A stretch of DNA of 64,000 nt from Dendrobates tinctorius (taxonomy: Eukaryota). Where the stretch lies: contig NW_027361924.1 of NCBI RefSeq assembly GCF_039654945.1, forward strand, positions 11,036,001 through 11,100,000. Reading direction: 5' to 3'. The position numbers and the translations under genes were made by a program. This document shows, one piece after another, positions 55,806-64,000 of this stretch. Every line of letters starts with the position of its first letter. Position 1 is the stretch's first letter. Below the pieces are notes generated by a model that worked only from the letters and a program-made list of their open reading frames with translations, had not been told where the DNA came from and made no database searches.

Positions 55806-56739
55806 GGTTAATTTTCTACATAAGGCTACTGTCACAAGGTTACTGCCACGGAGCGGAGCTAGAAGACCGCAGCGTCCGGTTGCTCCTACTCTGTTGCTGA
55901 GAAAAAAGCACATCTCTGGTTTATTAAACATTAAACATGTTTATTCCTTCCAGTAGAACAGGGGTTAATCGGCCATGTTGGAAATCGCTGTTCTCAGCTG
56001 CGCTCGGTTAGTCACTTCTTTTCCCTGTATAATCTGGGCTCTAAGGCTGGAGTCATACTAACCTGCGCAAAATACGGTCAGTATTTTACATGCGTAATAC
56101 GGATGATAGACCCCTAAACAGTGCTCCGTATGTCATCCGTAATCAAGGTGTGGTTGCGTATTTTGCGCATGTAAGCATCCGTATGGCGAGATTTTCTCGC
56201 AGGCTTGCAAAATGGACATATAATGGAGCCCTATGACAGTTTTAATAAAGAAACATGGATTTTTGTGAGTACTCACCGTAAAATCCTTTTCTCCGAGACG
56301 CTCATTGGGGGACACAGAGACTGTGGGTGTGTGCTTCTGCCGTCTGGAGGCCGACACTAAGTGTACAAAAAAAGAGTTAGCTCCTCCTCCGCCGCATACA
56401 CCCTCGCCCCTAGGCCGGGCGTAACTCAGTTTAGTGCATAAGCAGTAGGAGAACGCGCCTTAAACTCAGGCAAGAAACTATATGTCTGAAAAAGGGGGCC
56501 ACCCTAAACCTTGTACAAGGATTTGTAAAACTCAAAATAAGTAAATGCCAACTGGCTGATAGGGTGGGTGCTGTGTCCCCCAATGAGCGTCTCGGAGAAA
56601 AGGATTTTACGGTGAGTACTCACAAAAATCCATGTTTCTCCTTCGTCTCATTGGGGGACACAGAGACTGTGGGACGTCCTAAAGCAGTCCTCTGGGCGGG
56701 ATCTTAGCTCACCCAATCCCTGCTAATTTGCGCCCCTGA

Positions 56740-59700
56740 TTAGAGGTGCGCAACTGCTGCCTGGAGAATCTTTCTTCCCAGGCTTGCATCCGAGGATGCC
56801 TGGGTATGTACGTTATAATGTTTGACAAACGTATGTAAACTGGACCAGGTAGCTGCTTTGCATACCTGCTCCGCTGAAGCCTGGTGTCGTAGTGCCCATG
56901 AGGCACCCACTGCCCGTGCCGAGTGAGCCTTGATCCCTGCCGGAACCGGCGTGCCACTGATTTGATAAGCTTCTTGGACCGTCAGGCGAACCCATCTGGC
57001 CAAAGTCGCTCTGGACGCAGCGAGCCCCTTCCTCCGACCCTCTGGAACCACGAATAGAGCGTCTGTCTGGCGGAATGGCGCCGTCCTTGTCACATACCTC
57101 CTAAGAGCTCTTACCAGATCCAGGGTGTGCAAAGCCTTCTCTACCCTGTGCACCGGTGCCGGGCAAAACGAGGGTAAGACGATGTCTTCGTTGATATGAA
57201 ATGCAGACACAACCTTCGGCAAGAAGGGGGGAGCTGGCCTTAAAACTACCTTATCCTTATAAAAGGTTAGGAACGGTGGTTTACAAGATAAGGCCGCCAA
57301 TTCCGAAACCCGCCTAATAGACGTTATGGCTACTAGAAAAACGACCTTTCTGGACAGGTAAGGTAAGGAGACCTCTTGCAATGGTTCGAAAGGGGCCTCC
57401 TGAAGGACTCTGAGCACCAAATTCAGGTCCCATGATTCCGTCGGCGCCTTATAGGGGGGTACTAAATGTGCGACCCCCTGCATAAACGTCCTAACCTGCC
57501 AGACGGAAGCGACTTTTCGTTGGAAAAGTACCGACAGGGCCGAGATTTGCGTTCTGAGGGAACTCGGGGCCAACCCTGCGTCCAGCCCTGCCTGTAGAAA
57601 AGCCAGTACGTTGGGGATCGAAAAAACCAGAGGAGCCACTTCACGATCCCTACACCAACGGAAGAAAACTTCCCAAGTCCGATGATACACCCTCGCTGAG
57701 GAAGGCTTTCGGGCACTCACCATCGTGGCCGCCACATCGCGTCTGAATCCTGCCTGTGTTAACAGCCAAGATTCAATGGCCACGCCGTCAAACACAGGGC
57801 CCCTAAGTTCGGATGGCAGATCGGCCCTTGGGACAGTAAGTCCGGCCGATCTGGAAGACGCCAGGGTACGTCCACCACTAGTTGGACCAGATCTGCGTAC
57901 CAGGCCCGCCGGGGCCAATCTGGGGCCAGCAGAATTGCTGGAACCTTCTCTCTCCTTATTTTCCTGATAACTCTTGTGAAGCAGCGGTAGCGGGGGGAAC
58001 AAGTACGGGAGACGAAACTGGCTCCACGGGAGCACCAGCGCGTCTGCTGCGATTGCCTGCGGATCGAGGGATCGAGCGACAAACCTTAGTACTTTGGCAT
58101 TCTCTCTGGATGCCATAAGGTCCACGTCTGGTGTCCCCCACCGTTGGCAGATCTGCTGAAAGATCTCGGGGTGCAGGGACCATTCCCCTGCCGCGACCCC
58201 CTGTCGGCTGAGAAAATCTGCCGCCCAGTTTTCGACTCCTGGAATGTGCACCGCTGAAATTACCACGCGGTTCTTCTCCGCCCAACGTAGTACCAGTCCG
58301 ACCTCGCGCATGGCTGCCTGGCTGCGCGTGCCCCCTTGATGGTTGACATATGCTACTGCTGTCGCATTGTCCGTCTGGATGCGCACCGGCCGGTGTCTCA
58401 GGAAACACTGGAAATGTTGTAGGGCCAATCGTATTGCCCGTATCTCCAGAATGTTGATCGGGAGAACTATCTCCTGAACGGACCACCGCCCCTGGGCTAT
58501 GTGACTCTGGAAAACTGCCCCCCAACCTTGCAGGCTTGCATCGGTCGTCACCACCAACCATTGTTCCGGGGGAAAGGGTTTCCCCTGGACCAGAGACGAG
58601 TCGCGAGTCCACCACCGGAGTGAACCCCGTATCAGCGGAGACAACTTGCACCGATGACTGAGAGACAGCAGCCTCCGGTCCCATGCTGTCAAGAGCGCAT
58701 GCTGAAGCGGACGGAGATGGAACTGGGCAAACGGGATTGCTTCTATCGCCGCCACCATTCTGCCCAAAACACTCATGCCATACCGGATGGATCTGGAGCC
58801 CGGCTGTAGAAGGTTCCGTATCCCTTGCTTGATTTTTTGCGCCTTGTCCTGAGGGAGGATCACCAGCCCCCGGGAGGTGTCGAAAATCATGCCCAGGAAC
58901 ACGATTTTTTGGGCTGGAACTAAAGACGACTTGCTCCAATTGATCAGCCAGCCCAGACGGGCCAGGGTATCCAGAGTAATACTGACATTGTCCTGGCACT
59001 CCTGAAACGACGGCCCCTTTACCAAAAGGTCGTCCAGGTAAGGTAACACCGTTATGCCCCGTGCATGCAGGATGGCCATAACCACCGCCATTATCTTTGT
59101 AAAGACTCTGGGGGCAGTGGCCAGACCGAAGGGCAGAGCCACGAATTGGAAGTGACGTCCTCCGATCGCAAATCGCAGGAACCTCTGGTGTGGGGGGAAT
59201 ATCGGAATATGCAGATATGCATCCTGCACATCGATTGAGGCCAGGAATTCCCCTGGATCCATGGCTGCAATGACCGAGCGGAGGGATTCCATCCGGAATC
59301 GCCTGACCCTGATGAATCTGTTTAGGATCTTTAGATCCAGAACCGGCCTCACAGTCCCGTCTTTTTTGGGGACCGAAAAAAGATTGGAGTAAAACCCCTG
59401 CGACTCTTCGCCCTGCGGCACTGGGGCGATGACCCCTTTGTGCTGTAGCGATGTTACAGCCTGTAACAAACTCTCTGCCTGCGCATCTGTTTTGGAAAGT
59501 CGCGAACGGAAGAATCGCTGAGGTGGCCGTCCTACAAACTCTATCTTGTACCCGGACGATACAAGTTCTGCCACCCAAGTGTCGCGTGTCACTGCGACCC
59601 AAACGTGGCTGAACCTTAGTAGGCGTCCGCCCACTCTGTCGTCCGTAGGTACGGAGTGCCTCCAGTCATTTAGCTGGAGGCTTTTGGGGCTTGGCCCCCT
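56740..59700 (-). CDS. DIRS RT-RNaseH-methyltransferase joined to tyrosine recombinase by a 1-nt indel
   Basis: PFGLATAP, YLDD, TTDAS, QTDN, DLMAS..YLFPP; YR R..HSAR..W..Y. Confidence 0.85.
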   Translation of the reverse strand, partial: RGPSPKSLQLNDWRHSVPTDDRVGGRLLRFSHVWVAVTRDTWVAELVSSGYKIEFVGRPPQRFFRSRLSKTDAQAESLLQAVTSLQHKGVIAPVPQGEESQGFYSNLFSVPKKDGTVRPVLDLKILNRFIRVRRFRMESLRSVIAAMDPGEFLASIDVQDAYLHIPIFPPHQRFLRFAIGGRHFQFVALPFGLATAPRVFTKIMAVVMAILHARGITVLPYLDDLLVKGPSFQECQDNVSITLDTLARLGWLINWSKSSLVPAQKIVFLGMIFDTSRGLVILPQDKAQKIKQGIRNLLQPGSRSIRYGMSVLGRMVAAIEAIPFAQFHLRPLQHALLTAWDRRLLSLSHRCKLSPLIRGSLRWWTRDSSLVQGKPFPPEQWLVVTTDASLQGWGAVFQSHIAQGRWSVQEIVLPINILEIRAIRLALQHFQCFLRHRPVRIQTDNATAVAYVNHQGGTRSQAAMREVGLVLRWAEKNRVVISAVHIPGVENWAADFLSRQGVAAGEWSLHPEIFQQICQRWGTPDVDLMASRENAKVLRFVARSLDPQAIAADALVLPWSQFRLPYLFPPLPLLHKSYQENKEREGSSNSAGPRLAPAGLVRRSGPTSGGRTLASSRSAGLTVPRADLPSELRGPVFDGVAIESWLLTQAGFRRDVAATMVSARKPSSARVYHRTWEVFFRWCRDREVAPLVFSIPNVLAFLQAGLDAGLAPSSLRTQISALSVLFQRKVASVWQVRTFMQGVAHLVPPYKAPTESWDLNLVLRVLQEAPFEPLQEVSLPYLSRKVVFLVAITSIRRVSELAALSCKPPFLTFYKDKVVLRPAPPFLPKVVSAFHINEDIVLPSFCPAPVHRVEKALHTLDLVRALRRYVTRTAPFRQTDALFVVPEGRRKGLAASRATLARWVRLTVQEAYQISGTPVPAGIKAHSARAVGASWALRHQASAEQVCKAATWSSLHTFVKHYNVHTQASSDASLGRKILQAAVAHL

Positions 59701-61108
59701 TCGCTCTGGGTAAATGGCCTCGGCCTCTACCCAGCGGATTGGCCCTGTAAGAGACTTGTTTTTCCCTACTCTGGCCATCGTTTGCGGAGGAGTACGCCCT
59801 GGCCGAAGTCCCCCCCCAGGGGCTACGAAAGGGGCGAAAACGCCTCTGCGTTTGCCTGAATGCCGGGCAACTTCTCTGCTGCGGAAGGAAACTACTTTTA
59901 CCCCCTGTGGCTTCTGAGATAAGCCTATCCAGCTTCTCACCGAACAGTCGATTGCCCTGAAAAGGCAATGAGGTTAAGGATTTTTTAGAGATAGAATCCG
60001 CTTTCCACAGTCTCAGCCATAATGCACGCCTAATGGCGATCGCATTCGCCGCCGCCACCGCCGAGCACTCGGCCGCGTCTAGTGAGGCGCTGACAAGATA
60101 ATCACTTGCTCCTGACATCTGATTTGCCACTTCTAAGACCTCCGCGGGGAGATCCCTGTCCTGGAGGGCCTTATACAGAGCGTCCCCCCACGAAACCATG
60201 GCCTTAGCCACCCAAGTCGCCGCAAAGGAGGGGGCCAGAGCCGACCCTGCTGCTTCATATACCGAGCGGGCAAGCCCGTCCATGAGGCGATCAGTTGGGT
60301 CCTTTATAGAGGAAACACTGGGTATCGACAATAGCGATCTTGATGCTAAACGTGATACCGGAGGGTCCACTACTGGCGACTCTACCCAAGCCTTATGGAG
60401 CTCAGGGGGAAACGGATACTTTGCCTGCAGCGCTTTTTGCATTGCAAAACGCTTATCCGGGTGATCTCTATGTTTCTGGACTAGCTCCTCAAACTCCGGA
60501 TGCGTGGCAAATCTTCTATGTGGTCGCCTGGATTTCTTAAAAGAGACCTTGTGACCTGAGACTGTGGGCACATCGTCCTCGATCTCTAATGTCTGGTTGA
60601 CTGCCTCAATGAGACTGTCCACCGAATCCTGGAACCCCAGACTTTCTAGATTCCAGGCCTCTTCCTCCTCTCCTTCATCCTGATCGCTCCCAGAGCTCAG
60701 AGACGGGGAACGGGATGCCCTAATACCCGCCGCCGAAGCCCCGGAGGGTCCGGCCGACGGGGAACGAACCCTCTTGATATGAGCTTGCCTGGTACTGGAG
60801 CGACCTCTAATGGTTGGAGGGTCCTGAGACGAGGACGAGCTCTCTTCCGCTGGCAGACCCCCCTCCCTGCTCCTGCCCGGGCCCTGAAGGGATTCAATTG
60901 CCCTTGTAAGGGACAGCATAGACTGCGATAAGGACACCGCCCATTCCGGGGGGTCCTGACCCCTGGGTTCAGAAACAGTGGGGGGCTCCTGGGCGCGCTC
61001 CGACTCACAGGCTTCACAATATTTACCCGCCTGTGCCTTTGGCAGCCTGACCCCACAGGACACGCAAACCGCGTAAAGGAAAGAGTGAGCTTTCCCTTTG
61101 GCAGACAT
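59666..61108 (-). CDS. DIRS ORF1 (gag-like), 480 aa
   Basis: ATG 61108, N-terminal CxxC..CxxC, PVVDPPV and RRALWL...LPFQGNRLFG blocks. Confidence 0.85.
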   Translation of the reverse strand: MSAKGKAHSFLYAVCVSCGVRLPKAQAGKYCEACESERAQEPPTVSEPRGQDPPEWAVSLSQSMLSLTRAIESLQGPGRSREGGLPAEESSSSSQDPPTIRGRSSTRQAHIKRVRSPSAGPSGASAAGIRASRSPSLSSGSDQDEGEEEEAWNLESLGFQDSVDSLIEAVNQTLEIEDDVPTVSGHKVSFKKSRRPHRRFATHPEFEELVQKHRDHPDKRFAMQKALQAKYPFPPELHKAWVESPVVDPPVSRLASRSLLSIPSVSSIKDPTDRLMDGLARSVYEAAGSALAPSFAATWVAKAMVSWGDALYKALQDRDLPAEVLEVANQMSGASDYLVSASLDAAECSAVAAANAIAIRRALWLRLWKADSISKKSLTSLPFQGNRLFGEKLDRLISEATGGKSSFLPQQRSCPAFRQTQRRFRPFRSPWGGTSARAYSSANDGQSREKQVSYRANPLGRGRGHLPRAKGAKPQKPPAK

Positions 61109-62689
61109 ACTTGCACAGGCTGAAGGCAGAGTAGAAGGAGGAGGAGGGTAACCTCTTCCGTGACAAGCAGCGTGGTTCTCCAAAACGGAGTTACACTCAC
61201 CCACCGGCTCCTGTCCGCAGTACCCCTGCGTGGATGCGAGGCGTTAGGGCGGAAGACTCTCCGGAACCTATATCGCGCGTCTCCGCATTCGCCGCCTGCC
61301 ACCGCCGCGTCAGCGGGCGGGACTTCCGGCTACCACCGGAAGTCAGCGGGCGGGACTTCCGGCTACCACCGGAAGTCGGCGCGCGGCCTCGCGCGATTGC
61401 AGTGGGGCCGCGGCCGCCGGCGGGCCTCCGGCCGCGCTCCACCAGCCCCCGGCGATACACGCGGCGTGCGGAGCCCGGGTCACCAGCGCCAACTTGCGGT
61501 GCGCTGCAGGAACAGATCGCCCCATATAAGAAAAGGTGAGCAGGACCACCTCGGGGGGTGGGTGGGGGGGGGTGCTCTGTCGGTTTTACTCGCGGCCTCT
61601 TCCCCACTTCTATCGCCGCCCCCGCTCCCGCTCTCACCTGCGCCTCCGATTCAGCCCCCTGGACTCACAACCAAGGGGTGGACGGGGCCTCCATACTGCT
61701 GTAGTAGGAGAGGAACAACGTGGAGGCTGACCACTGGTTCTGCTCACACGCGCCTGATGAAGTTGTGGGGAAACCGAGTCCTCTAATCAGGACGCGTTGC
61801 CCCTCTTTCGATAAAAAATAGATGTCTGGAAAAAAGTCCCAGATGTGTCCCTCGGTGCGGGAGAGGACACGTGGAGGGTTACTCACACGTGGTCGCCCGT
61901 TGGTGATTTGGGGAGATCGGATCCTCTCTATAGGATCCGTCGCCCCTATCTTATCTTCATAGAAAGAAAGGGAAAAAGAAAAAAAAAAAAAAAAAAAAAC
62001 CTAGTCTGGAACTCCAGACTGCGTGTGCCTCCATCAGACACTAAGCAAAAACTGAGTTACGCCCGGCCTAGGGGCGAGGGTGTATGCGGCGGAGGAGGAG
62101 CTAACTCTTTTTTTGTACACTTAGTGTCGGCCTCCAGACGGCAGAAGCACACACCCACAGTCTCTGTGTCCCCCAATGAGACGAAGGAGAAAGAAAGAAT
62201 AGATATAGACACATAGAATGCATATATATATATATTTATATGTATTCTATGTGTATATATCTATTCTTTCGTTTCTTTATTACACCTGTCAGTGTCAGTT
62301 TACTGTATAGCGCACTGAATTGCCACCTTTGCTAAAAGACACCGGGTGCGTATTTCTCGCAAGTCACATGTCTGGTCCGTGTGTAATCCGTATTTTTTGC
62401 GCACCCATAGACTTGCATTGGTGTATTATGGCCGTAGTACGCTGACAGTCCCAGCATGCTGCGATTGGCACGGAGCGTAGAATACGGATGAGAAATATAC
62501 GGCTGGTGCGAGGGACCCCATAGAGAATCATTGGTCCGTGTCTAATGCGTGCTTTTAGCGCCTCTCACTCTCCCGTATTCCTCGCCAGTGTGACCCCGGC
62601 CTAATACTAATCCTCGTCAGAGTTACGGTAGCTTTTTGCTGCATGACAAAAGGAGGTAGAGATGTTGATATGAGGAGAGCTAGAGTTAT

Positions 62690-63069
62690 CAGTGACTGTT
62701 GTTTGGTTTGTACACTTGATAATCCCTTATTCTTCCCTGTTTTGCTTTATTCCCCCTCCCTACACATCCCATTGGACTCCTCTGTTATATATGAGTGAAT
62801 ACTTTGTGTGTGTGGAGTTTTCAGTTACCCCTTGTCTTTGTTGCCCTGTTTGTCAGGTTGGTGTACTGAGGTGCACAGGAGCGCCCCCTCTTTCCTGGGT
62901 GGGAGAGAAAAGACGAAGGGCTATCTTAGGAGATAAGGCAAGGCCGGAGGCCCCGGCGTCTTCACCATCTGAAATATCCCGAGGAGCAGGGTGAGCTAGT
63001 GCGCCCCCTAATGTTAGGGCCAGGAAAGGCACCCCTGGTTCCAGGTCATTCGACAGCTGTGTCGTGACA
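62690..63069 (+). mobile_element. Probable degenerate LTR fragment
   Basis: U5-like segment ending gtcgtgaca; 5' boundary not found. Confidence 0.35.
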
Positions 63070-63600
63070 GCTACATTGAGGCAAAGTGCAATGTATCTGC
63101 ACCTGTACACATATCTGTAAATATTTTCATCCCTTCCTTGTAAACAGCAGGAAGAATCTTGTAATTACACACGGTCTCAAGAACTTTGCCATTTTTATTA
63201 CCTTTCATGCAAATTCTGCTTGCATATTATCCGTGCTTCACAGTTCCTGAGGGCTGTGGAATTCTCTCGGAAGGCAGGTAGGTCCAATATTTGTGCAGCT
63301 ACATTATTTCTACCTTAAAATGGATTCTTTTTTGTTGGGTTCGGTGGATTTTATTCCTCATGTTTCTTTGCAGTTTAGTGCACCAGCTGTTGTGGGACTA
63401 CAACTCACAGCATGTCCTTACAGTCCGTCCACTCAACTCTCAGAGGCTGAACTTGTATTATTGAAGTATTTAATACTTTATGTGGGTTCACTCCATGGGT
63501 GCAGAATATTATAACATGTAATTTTCATTAAAGGTGACTTTGGTATTACGCCTAATAAGTGCATTAAATATTTTGTAGGTTTTTAGGTCTTTTCTTGTTG

Positions 63601-63910
63601 ATGGCGGACTCTGTAAGCAATGACGCATCATTGCAAAGGATCTCTGATTACAGGCCGGGACCTATGTATGAACAGGTCAGCCTGCAATTATTTGGGATGC
63701 AGGGGCACGGTAAATCCTCTTTTATTAACACGTGCATGAATATTGTCCACGGAGGAGCCTTTACAAATGTGGCTGGATCTGGGAAGTCTGACAAACCCAT
63801 CACAATGGAGAGAAAGGACTATAACCTGTCATCTAAAGTGCTCATCACCGATAACCGAGGGCTTGGCAAAATGAGCCCGGAAGAGCAGGAAGAGATGGCC
63901 GCCCAGATGG
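63601..63910 (+). CDS. IFI44-like P-loop GTPase paralogue 2, first coding exon (continues beyond window)
   Basis: [18 protein letters not shown]...ITMERKDYNL...ITDNRG; phase-1 donor at the same position as in paralogue 1. Confidence 0.85.
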
Positions 63911-64000
63911 GTATGTCTGCTTACCCTCTTGTCTATGGTCTATGTTAGGGGGCATCGCCACGTAGCATCGCCGATGCCAATAGCTCTTGTCAATTTATAC

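Larger units (their letters stand above)
56251..62192 (-). mobile_element. Full-length DIRS1-type tyrosine-recombinase retrotransposon
   Basis: ITRs 56251-56432 and 62049-62192; ICR 56571-56673 reproducing the end-to-end junction around TTT; gag, RT, RNase H, MT and YR. Confidence 0.97.
56045..62601. mobile_element. Harbinger-type non-autonomous element split by DIRS insertion
   Basis: TIR ggctggagtcatact / agtgtgaccccggcc; TAA TSD; host parts 56045-56250 and 62193-62601. Confidence 0.75.

Overview
Vertebrate genomic DNA, most likely an anuran (frog), inferred from the TE repertoire and gene content. The region is very rich in minisatellites and TEs. Spliced genes reconstructed by hand: the 5' end of TCTN3 (- strand, runs off the left edge); a 12-exon, 445-aa CD19 orthologue (-); RABEP2 (+), head-to-head with CD19 as in mammals but apparently lacking its N-terminal coiled-coil exons; and two tandem IFI44-like P-loop GTPase genes without a TLDc domain (+), one complete (287 aa) and one running off the right edge, with IRF/NF-kB motifs nearby. 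Mobile DNA: a young gag-less Gypsy chromovirus with a Tf1-type self-priming PBS, a full-length DIRS1 element with ITRs and ICR, two decayed Tc1 elements (one carrying nested hAT/Harbinger insertions), several Harbinger-type MITEs, a solo LTR and an RTE fragment. Several minisatellites are built from strong transcription-factor motifs (CTCF, RFX X-box, E-box) or G-quadruplex units. Gene identities come from recalled motif similarity; no database search was run.
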